A stretch of 64,000 nucleotides of DNA from Candidatus Bathyarchaeia archaeon (GTDB taxonomy: Archaea > Thermoproteota > Bathyarchaeia > Bathyarchaeales > Bathycorpusculaceae). Below the pieces are notes generated by a model. The model was not told where the DNA came from. It saw only the letters and a program-made list of their open reading frames with translations, and made no database searches. Of this stretch, positions 47,761 through 57,214 are shown piece after piece. Every line of letters starts with the position of its first letter. The first letter of the stretch is position 1. Both the position numbers and the translations under genes were made by a program. The stretch is from contig JAVZNE010000003.1 of NCBI GenBank assembly GCA_038882975.1, positions 32,001 through 96,000 of the forward strand, written 5' to 3'.

Positions 47761-48723
47761 TTACGCCATTCCGCATTTTTTGAGGAGTTTTTGCCACCTC
47801 TGGTCTGTTATCCGTTGTATTTCATCCAACAGCTTCTCATACTTCGGCGTGAACAAATGTCTGAAACGTCCTTGCACCGCCAAGTATTCTTTCACTGGCC
47901 TTTTCTTTTGGGGTGCCATGGCTATCACTTTGCTTGGTGCTGAAAGTTGGTATTCGCCGTTTACGCATTCCCATAATGGGAAGACGCATGTCTCCACCGC
48001 CAAGCGGGAAAGCTCTATGGATTTTGCTGGGTCGCTTCTCCAACCTCGGGGACACGGCGCAAAAACGTGGAGAAAGGCTGGTCCTTCCACTTCTAAGCCT
48101 TTGCGCACCTTTGTTATTAGGTCCCGCCAATAGTATGGTGAGGCTGTAGCCACGTATGGGATTTCATGCGCCACCATTATGTCGGCTATAGGCTTTTTGG
48201 GTTCAAGCTTTCCAGGTATGACTTCGCCCGCTGGCGATGTAGTTGTGGATGCGCCTAAGGGTGTTCCGCCGCTTCTCTGTATGCCAGTGTTCATGTACGC
48301 CTCATTATCGTATAGCACAAATAGGAAGTCGTGCCCCCTTTCAACCGCTCCGGAGAGAGCTTGTATGCCGATGTCGTATGTGCCGCCGTCTCCAGCTATT
48401 GCGATAACGTCCACATGCTCATGCTTGATTCTTCCCTTCTTCTTCAGCATTTTTATCGCCGCTTCTATTCCTGAAGCATTTGCTGCAGCATTCTCAAAGG
48501 CTGTGTGGAGCCATGGAACAGCCCAAGAAGTGTAGGGGTAAATTGTTGAGACTACTTCCATGCATCCGGTAGCCTGCGTAACAATGGTTGGTCCCCTTAA
48601 AGCCTTCATTATTAGCCTCATAACCGTTGCTGGAGCGCAGCCAGCACATGCCCTATGTCCAGACATGAATAGGTCTGGCTTTTCAGCTATGTCCTTTGCC
48701 GTAAACTTCCATTCACTCTGCAC
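47761..48723 (-). CDS. porB: Pyruvate/2-oxoacid:ferredoxin oxidoreductase beta subunit
   Basis: GHRACAGC, GDGGTYDIG, DNEAYMNTGIQRS and PCPRGW motifs. Confidence 0.95.
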   Translation of the reverse strand: MQSEWKFTAKDIAEKPDLFMSGHRACAGCAPATVMRLIMKALRGPTIVTQATGCMEVVSTIYPYTSWAVPWLHTAFENAAANASGIEAAIKMLKKKGRIKHEHVDVIAIAGDGGTYDIGIQALSGAVERGHDFLFVLYDNEAYMNTGIQRSGGTPLGASTTTSPAGEVIPGKLEPKKPIADIMVAHEIPYVATASPYYWRDLITKVRKGLEVEGPAFLHVFAPCPRGWRSDPAKSIELSRLAVETCVFPLWECVNGEYQLSAPSKVIAMAPQKKRPVKEYLAVQGRFRHLFTPKYEKLLDEIQRITDQRWQKLLKKCGMA

Positions 48724-48735
48724 ATTTTTCGCCTC

Positions 48736-49986
48736 CTACTCCCTTAATCCAACATACTTTACTGGAGTTTCAACACGGTTTTTCGCAAGAATCTCCTGAA
48801 GATCCTTGTATATCATGCGGATTTGCATGGGGCTTGTGTCCCTCCCACCAAGTCCATAAATGTAGTTAACAACGAGTGGCTTCTCGTCTAAGTCGTAGAG
48901 TGCATGGCGAACCTCGTGGAAGACCGCGCCGCCGAAACCTCCGAAACTCATGCTCTTATCCATGACGGCTACCGCCTTAACATGTTTGAGAGCCTTTTTT
49001 ATGCCGTCAACTGGCAGTGGTCTGAACGTTCGCATCCGCAATATTCCGGCTTTAACATCTTCCGTTCTAAGTTCGTCCACAACAGTTTTCACTGTTCCAG
49101 CTGTTGAGCCTAGACAGACTATGGCTATTTCAGCATCCTCTAGAAAATATGGGTCAAGCAATCCGTCGCCGTAGCTTCTCCCGCTGATTTTTGCATATTC
49201 GTCGTGTACTTCGCGGATAACTCCCAGCGCGTTTTTCATGGCTTCTTCTTGCTGCCTTTTAAACTCGAAATAGTAGTTTGGAAAAGCCAAGGGTCCCATA
49301 GTCATGGGGTTTTCTGGGTCCAGTTTTAGTGGAGCCATCCTTCCCTCATGGGTTAGCACAGGTGGAAATTGGCGTACGCCAACAAACTTTTTGACAACTT
49401 CGTCTGGAAGGACATTAACATTTTCCACAGAGTGGCTTAGCTGGAATCCATCAAGGCAGACCATGGCTGGCAAAAGCACGTCTGGGTGTTCTGCTATGCG
49501 GAAAGCCTGAATAACAGAGTCGTAAACCTCTTGGGCGTTTTCAGCGTAAATTTGTATCCACCCGCTGTCCCTCTGCGCCATCGTGTCGGACTGGTCTCCG
49601 TGAATGTTTATCGGTGCTGAGAGGGCTCTGTTGGCTATTGCCATAACCACTGGCGCACGGCAGCCGGAAGTCACAAAGAGCATCTCATGCATAAGTGCCA
49701 AACCAGCAGAAGCCGAAGCGGTGAAAGTTCTTGCTCCAGTGAGCGAGGCTGCAAGGCAAGCTGTTAGGGCGCTGTGCTCTGACTCTGTGCAGACAAAGGC
49801 TGTTTCCACCTCACCGTTGGCCACGTACTCACTGAACCTTTCAACAATTATGGTTTGAGGCGTAATGGGGTATGCTGCAACAACATCCACGTCCGACTGC
49901 TTAACAGCGTAGGCAACAGCCTCATCCCCGTTTAGGGCTAAAGTCTTCTGCTCAACAATGCTTTTCATCATTTGCACCTCACTCAA
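48736..49986 (-). CDS. porA: Pyruvate/2-oxoacid:ferredoxin oxidoreductase alpha subunit
   Basis: AYPITPQT, ESEHSA, NRALSAP, DGFQLSH and GLGGRD motifs. Confidence 0.95.
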   Translation of the reverse strand: MSEVQMMKSIVEQKTLALNGDEAVAYAVKQSDVDVVAAYPITPQTIIVERFSEYVANGEVETAFVCTESEHSALTACLAASLTGARTFTASASAGLALMHEMLFVTSGCRAPVVMAIANRALSAPINIHGDQSDTMAQRDSGWIQIYAENAQEVYDSVIQAFRIAEHPDVLLPAMVCLDGFQLSHSVENVNVLPDEVVKKFVGVRQFPPVLTHEGRMAPLKLDPENPMTMGPLAFPNYYFEFKRQQEEAMKNALGVIREVHDEYAKISGRSYGDGLLDPYFLEDAEIAIVCLGSTAGTVKTVVDELRTEDVKAGILRMRTFRPLPVDGIKKALKHVKAVAVMDKSMSFGGFGGAVFHEVRHALYDLDEKPLVVNYIYGLGGRDTSPMQIRMIYKDLQEILAKNRVETPVKYVGLRE

Positions 49987-50257
49987 GCTTCATTTCTATG
50001 GCTTTCGTTGGACACTCGTTGGCGCATATCCCGCAGCCCTTACAGAAGTTGTAGTCAAATTCTATGTCCTCCTTTTCAGCCTTCCAGTGGATTGCCCCGT
50101 CTGGACAGAATATGGCACACAACAAACATTTTGTGCACTTCTCCAAGTCTCGAATAGGCTTGTAGGTTTTCCAGTCTCCTGTTGGGAAATCTGTGTTGGG
50201 CTTCCAGCATATGGCGGCTATGGAAATTTCCTTCCAACCCTTCTCTTGGGACGTCAT
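49979..50257 (-). CDS. porD: Oxidoreductase delta subunit (2x[4Fe-4S])
   Basis: TGDWK, CTKCLLCAIFCPD and CKGCGICANECP motifs. Confidence 0.95.
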   Translation of the reverse strand: MTSQEKGWKEISIAAICWKPNTDFPTGDWKTYKPIRDLEKCTKCLLCAIFCPDGAIHWKAEKEDIEFDYNFCKGCGICANECPTKAIEMKLE

Positions 50258-50814
50258 TCTGAACGTACCTCCTCATAGGCTTCCTTAATAACTGTGAAGT
50301 TTTTCTCGGCGATGTCGCTTCTGAAACGCTCCCGAATGGTTCTCTCAATGCTTTGTAAACTGACAACGCCGGTTACACGGGCAACAGCCCCAAGCATGGC
50401 AGTGCTTGTTATGGGCAAGCCCAAAAATTTTATGGCAATCTCCGTTGCTGGAACAGTCCAAACCTTCCCCTTATTGTCTTTAAGCATTTTCCTAGCCTCT
50501 GCCGGTTCATCCCTAAAATTGATTATTAATTTTCCATCCTCGCCTAATCCCTCAGTGACAGGTACAGTCTTAATCAGCGTGGGGTCCAAAACAACCACAA
50601 CGTCCGGGTTGTAAACGGCACAATGTAACCTAATAGGCTCCGTACTTATCCTTGTGAAGGCTGCAACTGGGGCACCCATCCTCTCTGGACCAAACTCTGG
50701 AAAAGATTGAATGTATTTTCCCTCGTAAACGGCGGCTCTTGCTAGCAACTCGCTGGCTGTCCAAGCTCCTTGACCGCCTCTACCATGCCATCTAACTTCA
50801 AGGATTTTTTTCAA
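50254..50814 (-). CDS. Oxidoreductase gamma subunit
   Basis: HGRGGQG, FGPERMGAPV and MLGA motifs. Confidence 0.95.
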   Translation of the reverse strand: MKKILEVRWHGRGGQGAWTASELLARAAVYEGKYIQSFPEFGPERMGAPVAAFTRISTEPIRLHCAVYNPDVVVVLDPTLIKTVPVTEGLGEDGKLIINFRDEPAEARKMLKDNKGKVWTVPATEIAIKFLGLPITSTAMLGAVARVTGVVSLQSIERTIRERFRSDIAEKNFTVIKEAYEEVRSE

Positions 50815-50886
50815 AGCTTAACTCTCCTATGGCTCTTTCAACAATATGAAAACTCCAATATACATTTTTCTAATTTAAAAGCCCTT

Positions 50887-51246
50887 TTAGGCTTGGGAAA
50901 TGAAATCCTTTAAAACTTCTTTCACTGGCATTTTAAGAAGTTCCCTAACACGGTCCAAAACCGTCAAGCCGTTCTTCGTTACTGAATAATATTTTATGCG
51001 TCTCCTTCCCTTCTTAACCCATTTTCCAGCTATAAGCCTATTCTCCTCAAGCTCATATAAAAGCGGATAAACAACTCCGGAATGAAAACTCCAACCAGTC
51101 AGCCTTTTCAACTCCTTTGTAACACTGTATCCGGACAATGGTTTCTGGCTTAGAAGCCATAAAATTATAACTCTGCTGAAACCCCTAACGGCTGATTTAA
51201 CCAGTTCACTCTCCAAATTAGACATCAAATGTCCGCCTTTTCGCAC
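50887..51246 (-). CDS. PadR-family transcriptional regulator
   Basis: ILWLL...SGY, GVVYPLLYELE and KYYSVT motifs. Confidence 0.88.
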   Translation of the reverse strand: MRKGGHLMSNLESELVKSAVRGFSRVIILWLLSQKPLSGYSVTKELKRLTGWSFHSGVVYPLLYELEENRLIAGKWVKKGRRRIKYYSVTKNGLTVLDRVRELLKMPVKEVLKDFISQA

Positions 51247-51307
51247 ATTTAAGCGCCTAGGCTTAAATTGCTTTTTGAGAATATAAACGCTACCGTAGAG
51301 CGGAAAA

Positions 51308-51319
51308 TTGATATATCAA
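51308..51319. promoter_or_regulatory. Perfect palindrome, candidate PadR operator
   Basis: TTGATATATCAA between divergent padR genes; TATATCAAAA recurs at 51698-51707. Confidence 0.55.
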
Positions 51320-51347
51320 AAACTAAAATATACCTTCTGAAGGGGAT

Positions 51348-51695
51348 ATGGCAAAAATAAGTAACATTTTTCTCAGAGGTTTGGAGAAGCCAATAATACT
51401 ATGGCTTTTAGCCCACAAACCAAGACATGGATATGAGCTAATAGTGGAATTTAAGAGGCTTACGGGAAGAAAGTTAAAGCCAAGTATAGTTTACCCTTTC
51501 CTTCACAAACTTGAGAGGGGTGGATTCGCAAGCGCAAAATGGCTCGCAAAAGGCAAGAAAAGGGTAAAAAATTATGCTCTAACAAAGAGCGGAGAAGACC
51601 TCCTAAGCAAAGTTAAAGAAATGTTCAGTGAACCCGTCAAACAAGTTCTCATGGACTTAATCGAAAAGGAGGAAAAGTCCAATGCAAGCCACTAG
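51348..51695 (+). CDS. PadR-family transcriptional regulator
   Basis: ILWLL..KPRHGYEL, SIVYPFLHKLE and YALT motifs. Confidence 0.9.
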   Translation: MAKISNIFLRGLEKPIILWLLAHKPRHGYELIVEFKRLTGRKLKPSIVYPFLHKLERGGFASAKWLAKGKKRVKNYALTKSGEDLLSKVKEMFSEPVKQVLMDLIEKEEKSNASH

Positions 51696-51755
51696 ATTAT
51701 ATCAAAATTTAAATGTTTTCCTAAAGAATACATGAGTTATCTAGGGGGCTGGGGG

Positions 51756-53228
51756 ATGGCTGACATAATCTTAACAGCTGACCGCACATTAATGAGCGAC
51801 TACCACCATAACGAGTTTATAGGCTTCGGAACATGCGCCCCTCCAAACGTCATTCCAAACTGGCTCTACAGCTTCCTATTCTTCCCACCAATAAAAACGA
51901 GGAAAGGCGTACCAGTGGCAGCGCCATATGGACTAAGAAAGATCGAGGCACAGCTACTAAGCGAGGGATTCGATGTTTTGACAGTCGATCCAGACCATAT
52001 TGGAAAATATTTGGACAAAGCCAAGGTTTTAGGTACACATGTCATGGACCCTTTTGGGCTAGGTCCAGCATCAAGCACCTTCGCATCAATTCTGAAGAAG
52101 GAGCCCTTCCTCGCCCAACACTTCCGCAATTTAATGGCTAAGCCAGAGATTAAAAGAGCCAAAAAAAGCGGGCTAAAAATTGTTGTGGGTGGGCCGGGCG
52201 TCTGGCAGTTTAGGCATAGAGAAAAATTCGTTAAAGATTATGAGATTGACTGCATAATTGAAGGGGAAGCTGAAAAGGTTATTGGAAAAATCATGAGGGC
52301 GGCCTTAAACGGTGATGAGCTTCCCCAATATTACGAGGTTAGCATTCAGGAAACCCCCAGCCTAGAGGAGATCCCAAACATCGTAAATCCGTCCGTTAAC
52401 GGCTTGGTGGAGATTGGCCGCGGCTGCTGTAGAGGATGCAAGTTCTGCAGTGTCACTTTAAGGCCGTTAAGATGGTACCCGGTTGAGAAGATACTTAAGG
52501 AGATAGATGTAAACATTAAGAGCGGCTACGCTTATAATGCATGTCTCCACGCAGAAGACGTCATGCTTTACGGCTCGAAAAACACGATTCCAAATGATGA
52601 AAAACTCATAAAGCTTCACGAGGCTGTGATAAAGAAGTGCGAGGGCGGCTTCAGCTGGAGCCACTGTTCACTAGCAACAGTCACCGTGAAACCGAAACTT
52701 TTCGCCCAAGTGGCCCAAATAATCCTCCAAAAGCAGTCGTGGTGGGGCGCAGAAATAGGAATAGAAACAGGCTCACCAGAACTTGCAAAGAAAATAATGC
52801 CCGCTAAAGCCCATCCCTTCAAGCCGGAAGAATGGCCAAACGTCGTCCGCGAAGGGATGGGACTAATGCACGACAACAAGCTCGTTCCAGCATGCACCCT
52901 AATAATGGGCGTACCAGAAGAAACAGAAGAAGACCTTATAAAAACCATAGAGCTCGTCGAAGACCTAAAACATGTAAGAAGCCTCATTGTGCCTCTCTTC
53001 TTCGTCCCTCTGGGCAAGCTGAAAAACGAGCAGTGGTTTAAGGAGGCGAGAATGACGAAACTCCACGAGGAACTCCTAATAAGATGCCTAAAGCATGATT
53101 TTTACTGGATAGATGACTTGATAGGCTTATCCTTTGCCGGAAAATGGTACGCAAAGCCAATGCGCACCCTATACAGAATCTTTGTAAAAATCCTCGAGCG
53201 CAAAGCAAAAGAAAAGGGAATATACTAG
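51756..53228 (+). CDS. B12-binding-like radical SAM protein
   Basis: APYGLRKIEA, VGGPG, EGEAE, RGCCRGCKFC, LHAED and GIETGS motifs. Confidence 0.88.
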   Translation: MADIILTADRTLMSDYHHNEFIGFGTCAPPNVIPNWLYSFLFFPPIKTRKGVPVAAPYGLRKIEAQLLSEGFDVLTVDPDHIGKYLDKAKVLGTHVMDPFGLGPASSTFASILKKEPFLAQHFRNLMAKPEIKRAKKSGLKIVVGGPGVWQFRHREKFVKDYEIDCIIEGEAEKVIGKIMRAALNGDELPQYYEVSIQETPSLEEIPNIVNPSVNGLVEIGRGCCRGCKFCSVTLRPLRWYPVEKILKEIDVNIKSGYAYNACLHAEDVMLYGSKNTIPNDEKLIKLHEAVIKKCEGGFSWSHCSLATVTVKPKLFAQVAQIILQKQSWWGAEIGIETGSPELAKKIMPAKAHPFKPEEWPNVVREGMGLMHDNKLVPACTLIMGVPEETEEDLIKTIELVEDLKHVRSLIVPLFFVPLGKLKNEQWFKEARMTKLHEELLIRCLKHDFYWIDDLIGLSFAGKWYAKPMRTLYRIFVKILERKAKEKGIY

Positions 53229-53280
53229 CGAAATAAACTTAAATACCGCGTTAAAACCAAAACACAAATAGGCACACGGT

Positions 53281-53354
53281 GCCGCCGTAGCTCAGAGTGG
53301 TAGAGCGGCTGGCTGTTAACCAGTCGGTCGTCGGTTCAAGTCCGACCGGCGGCG
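53281..53354 (+). tRNA. tRNA-Asn(GTT), no encoded CCA
   Basis: GCCGCCG/CGGCGGC acceptor stem, GCTGG-CTGTTAA-CCAGT anticodon arm, GTCGG-TTCAAGT-CCGAC T arm. Confidence 0.97.
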
Positions 53355-53362
53355 CTTTGGAT

Positions 53363-53396
53363 AGTACCGGCGTACTCCCGAGCTTAAAGCCGGGAG
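53363..53396. repeat. Two overlapping inverted repeats between tRNA-Asn and the integrase stop
   Basis: AGTAC-cggc-GTACT (53363-53376) and CTCCCG-N10-CGGGAG (53375-53396). Confidence 0.5.
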
Positions 53397-53398
53397 GT

Positions 53399-54325
53399 TT
53401 ATTTCCTTTTTCTGAAGAGTTTTATGCCTTCAATGTCGCAGACATATTCAAAGCCTGCCTCTATGAGCTGCTTGGCTTCCTCAACTGTTGTTGCTGCTTT
53501 GCATATGAAATCATCTTCGTTGGATGGGATGAGTTGTGTGTAGATGAGGGTGTTTCTGATGCTTTTATGCCCTAGGACTTTCATGACGTAGAGGATGTCT
53601 TTGGTTTTATGGTATTCCATTGTGGCTTTCCAATGGCGTAGAGTATGAAAGGTTATGTTGAGAAGCCTTGGATTTCCAAGTTTTTGGGCTATTCTCTGCC
53701 TCTGCTTCTGAAACAGCCTTCTAATGGTTCTTATGGAGCTTGAGCCGAAGATTTTCTCTGAATTTTTGGGGAGGCTGTTTAGCATGGCTGCCAGCTTGCT
53801 TGAAATCTTGAATATGCGGGGCTCGCTGCCTTTTTCAGGCGTAACTCTCACAGTGTTGCTGGCTAGGTCCAGATCAGCCCATTTAAGTCTCCATGCTTCG
53901 CCGCTTCTCATGCCTGTTTCCTTAAGCAGCTGGAGAAAGGCGCTGACTTTCTTGCTGCAAGCGGCTATGAGCTGGTCTATTTCCGCCTCTAAAGGTATGA
54001 AGGGCAGCTTTCTGATGCGTCGGCATCTGGGCGGCTGCCAGCTTAAGCCATGCATCTGTAGAAAGGTTGTGTAGGCAACTATGGCGTTAAATTTGCGGCC
54101 TTCAGCCCAATTCTGTTTAGCTATGGCTTCCTTGACGCTTTCAGGATTCCAAAGGTCTGCTCCAAGCCTCACAAGCCGCTTTAAGATTTGAACTCTGCCT
54201 TCTATGGTGGCGTCTGCATAGCCCTGCTTCTTCATCCACCATGCAAACTCTAAGATTTTGCCCTTAACATCAGCGGCTGTCTGCTCCGTGGCCCCCACAG
54301 CCTGTTGCTGTCTAAAAGCATTCAT
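53399..54325 (-). CDS. Tyrosine recombinase/integrase
   Basis: Catalytic set present: TGMRSGE (R), PEKGS (K), FHTLRH (HxxR), LGH, IYT (Y); converges on the tRNA-Asn 3' end. Confidence 0.93.
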   Translation of the reverse strand: MNAFRQQQAVGATEQTAADVKGKILEFAWWMKKQGYADATIEGRVQILKRLVRLGADLWNPESVKEAIAKQNWAEGRKFNAIVAYTTFLQMHGLSWQPPRCRRIRKLPFIPLEAEIDQLIAACSKKVSAFLQLLKETGMRSGEAWRLKWADLDLASNTVRVTPEKGSEPRIFKISSKLAAMLNSLPKNSEKIFGSSSIRTIRRLFQKQRQRIAQKLGNPRLLNITFHTLRHWKATMEYHKTKDILYVMKVLGHKSIRNTLIYTQLIPSNEDDFICKAATTVEEAKQLIEAGFEYVCDIEGIKLFRKRK

Positions 54326-54496
54326 TTAGGTGTTCTTCTCATCCATTGCCGTCCGAGTAACTCTGAAATTTCATCCAACTGTCAATCTAATGCCTTCTCA
54401 TCATCCGGCAAAAACTATAATTAAAGAACAAAAATAAAAACATTCACAAAAATTTGAATTAACATACAATCAATAGAAAACCAAGTTTTTATTAAA

Positions 54497-54519
54497 GTGC
54501 GGGGGGTGGGATTTGAACC
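54497..54519 (-). repeat. tRNA-Leu-like 3'-end fragment, probable att site
   Basis: Minus strand GGTTCAAATCCCACCCCCCGCAC = T loop, T-stem 3' strand, acceptor 3' strand CCCCCGC and discriminator A; no 5' half adjacent. Confidence 0.75.
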
Positions 54520-54653
54520 TTTCTAAAACTGGCGAAAGCAAAGACCAAATCAAAAATCTCCCGCAAAATTCCCTTATTTTTTCTGTTTGAGCGCCTTGTG
54601 CTTGTTGGAATGGCAAATGTTTTATAACAATTGTAACAAAAGTAACAGACAAG

Positions 54654-54812
54654 ATGTCTAAAACTTGTGCGGTTTGCGGGCGTAAAGTCTACCCGGGAAC
54701 TGGGACTTATTATGCTGGTAGGCTGGTTCATTTAAGTTGTTTGGGTATGGCTAAGATTCAGAGGTATAAATTATATCGAAAGAAGCGTTCAAGAAGAAAG
54801 GGGAAGAGGTAG
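54654..54812 (+). CDS. Basic zinc-finger microprotein, C-x2-C-x17-H-x2-C (absent from ORF track)
   Basis: Hand translation: MSKTCAVCGRKVYPGTGTYYAGRLVHLSCLGMAKIQRYKLYRKKRSRRKGKR*; TATA about 30 nt upstream; its TAG abuts the next ATG. Confidence 0.7.
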   Translation: MSKTCAVCGRKVYPGTGTYYAGRLVHLSCLGMAKIQRYKLYRKKRSRRKGKR

Positions 54813-56012
54813 ATGGTTGGAAATAACAATCATAACAAAAATAACACTGCTGTAGTTAATCCTTTTTCGCCTCAGTATCCTGCTGACCCTTTGTATTTTG
54901 CTGATAGGAAGGAATATTTGGATTATTTTACTCAGAGTGTTTTGAGTTCTGCTAAGATAAGGCCTCCTGCGCCTGCCAACTTTATTGTTCTCGGAGATTG
55001 GGGAATGGGAAAGACTTCAATGCTGTATAAAATGAGGGATATTGTTTTGAAAAAGTTGGCGTCAAAGGTTAATTCGTTTTGCTTCCATTTTTCGCTTGAT
55101 CCGATATGTTGTAGGAGTTGGGATAAATTCTGTCTAACTTTTCTGACACAACTTAAAAAGGATTATCAGTCTTCTGCGAAGATTAGGGATAAAATAAGCA
55201 GAGAATTGTCGAAATGGACCATAACTGTTTCAGTTCCTCCGGTTTCCGCTACGCGTGAGAGGGAGATGGAAAGGCCTTCGCTTTTGGAAAGTCTTGAGGA
55301 ATTGTGGAAGAAACATTTAGCGCCTTCTCACGTAGATATCTGTCTCCTTTTTCTTGATGATGCACATTATTTTCTTCAAGCGGACCAGCCGGATGCGTAT
55401 TTTGCGATTAGAAATACTTTTCAGGAGCTTGCCAGGAGGGAATGTAATTATTCATTGATATTGAGTGGCCCGAGGTTGTTGTTTAAGGAGATTGTGGATT
55501 TAGCTGAGCCCTTCACAAGATTTTTTCATCAGTTTTATCTTGAACCTTTTACTTTGGAGGGAACCGTGGAAGCGATAAAAAGGAGAGTTATGGTTAACAG
55601 GTTGGATTTAGAGTTTTCAGAAGATACGATTATGGCGATTCATGAAAAGTCTAAGGGGCATCCATACTTTGTAATGTTTATAGCCTATGAGTTGGTTAAT
55701 TTGCTTGGTTTTCGTAGGAAAATAACAACCAAGGAATTTGAAGAATGCTGGCCGCGGATAATTTCTCTTCTAGAAAGAAGTTTGTTTGTAAATAGGCTTG
55801 AGGAAGTTTCGGAAAGGGAAAGGGAAGTTTTGATAAAAGCGTCCTTAATAGAGGAGCCGTTAATTTCGCCTTCCATGATAAAAGGAGTGAAAGGCGTTAC
55901 AGAGTTTTTCTCCCGATTGGAACGCAAGGGTCTCTTGCTTAAAAAAGAACGGGGACTCTATGAACTATTTCATCCATTATTTAGAGATTATCTGCGAAAG
56001 TTAGCTAAATAA
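54813..56012 (+). CDS. Archaeal AAA/STAND-like ATPase with C-terminal wHTH
   Basis: NPF...FADR, Walker A GDWGMGKTS, Walker B LLFLDD, GHPYF, RLERKGLL...YELFHPLFRDYL. Confidence 0.85.
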   Translation: MVGNNNHNKNNTAVVNPFSPQYPADPLYFADRKEYLDYFTQSVLSSAKIRPPAPANFIVLGDWGMGKTSMLYKMRDIVLKKLASKVNSFCFHFSLDPICCRSWDKFCLTFLTQLKKDYQSSAKIRDKISRELSKWTITVSVPPVSATREREMERPSLLESLEELWKKHLAPSHVDICLLFLDDAHYFLQADQPDAYFAIRNTFQELARRECNYSLILSGPRLLFKEIVDLAEPFTRFFHQFYLEPFTLEGTVEAIKRRVMVNRLDLEFSEDTIMAIHEKSKGHPYFVMFIAYELVNLLGFRRKITTKEFEECWPRIISLLERSLFVNRLEEVSEREREVLIKASLIEEPLISPSMIKGVKGVTEFFSRLERKGLLLKKERGLYELFHPLFRDYLRKLAK

Positions 56013-56017
56013 TATTC

Positions 56018-56470
56018 TTACGGGGTTTGTTGGCTCATTTCTGTTTGGGCGAATTGGGCGAGTTGGTTGAACCTTTGTTCCATTTCGAGGAGTTTGGATT
56101 CTATTTGGCGGTAGTTTATGTAGTCTGCGAGAAGTTCCTTGTAGGTTTTTACGGCTGTTATTATTGTGCGTAGTCTCGCGATTTCTGCCTTGCTTAGGTT
56201 TGGCGTTTGTAGGGCGTTTATGGCTGCAACTAATAATTTTAGGGCTTCTTCTACGCTTGGAAGTTCTTGTGGCATTATCAATTCAGAAGTAGTAGTCGAC
56301 CCTATGCTTTGCGGTTGGACTACTTTTAATCCAATTCTTTCAATCTTCTTTAAAACTGCGTCTTTGGTTTTGCCCATTTTGGCGGCTATGTCTGCAGGTT
56401 TGAAGCCTCTTAAGACGAGGTCTTTTAACTGTTTTTCTTCTTCTATTGTCCATGGCTTTCCTTTTGGCAT
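56018..56470 (-). CDS. HTH/Myb-like DNA-binding protein with coiled-coil tail
   Basis: KPWTIEEEKQL...DIAAKMGKTKDAVLKKI. Confidence 0.75.
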   Translation of the reverse strand: MPKGKPWTIEEEKQLKDLVLRGFKPADIAAKMGKTKDAVLKKIERIGLKVVQPQSIGSTTTSELIMPQELPSVEEALKLLVAAINALQTPNLSKAEIARLRTIITAVKTYKELLADYINYRQIESKLLEMEQRFNQLAQFAQTEMSQQTP

Positions 56471-56517
56471 AAATTACCCTCAAATTTTGACCTATACCTA
56501 TCCCCTATCGTTTTCAC

Positions 56518-57207
56518 CTACCCCTCCCCCTCTAAATTTGAAAAGCATCGGTCCACCGGTATGCACTTAAAAGTCTCGTTCAGCTTTCGGAAAAGGTCAC
56601 TTGAAATTGATTTTTCCACCCATCTTTCGTTTTCATAGGTGGTTAGGCCATTGAAGTCAAGCTGGTTTATTTGTTGTTTGATGGTGTGATATTGGCTGAC
56701 TGTTTTCTGGTAGTCTTCATGTAAGCTCTGCAGCTCTTCTGCATGTCTCTTCATTTGCGTGAGAAGGGCGAGGGTCCTTTGGCTTAGAGTTTTTTGTTGG
56801 TGTTTAAGGATAGGGAGTTTTAGGGCTTTTGTTTTTCGTAGTCTTTGTTCCCAGAGGTAGATGGCTCTTTCCCGCCTAATCCATTTAGCTGTTTGTTTTC
56901 GCCATTTGATTTCAGCCTTAAACTTTTCAATGAGGTTGTTTGTTATGTCGGTTAGGGATGGATGAATGTTGAATTTGCGGTAGGCGTTTTCCGGCTTCTT
57001 TCCATGTTTTAGTTGGCGGATGGCTTCCTCGCATTCTTTTATTTCGGTTTTTAAGATTTCGATTTCTTCGTTTAGGCTGTTGATGCGGTTTTGGAGCTGA
57101 TGAGCTGGCATGGTTGGCAGTTGTTGGCGGATAGTGAAGCGTCTTTCTTTGTAGGCTTTTTCTGGGTCTCGCCAGCTTTGGCTATAAACTTTTAATGTGG
57201 ATTCCAT
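56518..57207 (-). CDS. Coiled-coil hypothetical protein
   Basis: 229-aa ORF with SD AAGGAG; heptad-rich. Confidence 0.65.
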   Translation of the reverse strand: MESTLKVYSQSWRDPEKAYKERRFTIRQQLPTMPAHQLQNRINSLNEEIEILKTEIKECEEAIRQLKHGKKPENAYRKFNIHPSLTDITNNLIEKFKAEIKWRKQTAKWIRRERAIYLWEQRLRKTKALKLPILKHQQKTLSQRTLALLTQMKRHAEELQSLHEDYQKTVSQYHTIKQQINQLDFNGLTTYENERWVEKSISSDLFRKLNETFKCIPVDRCFSNLEGEG

Positions 57208-57214
57208 AGTTTTG

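Noticed and set aside
53297-53575. 92-aa ORF starting MVERLAVNQ
   Set aside because: It is a translation of tRNA-Asn and the antisense strand of the integrase
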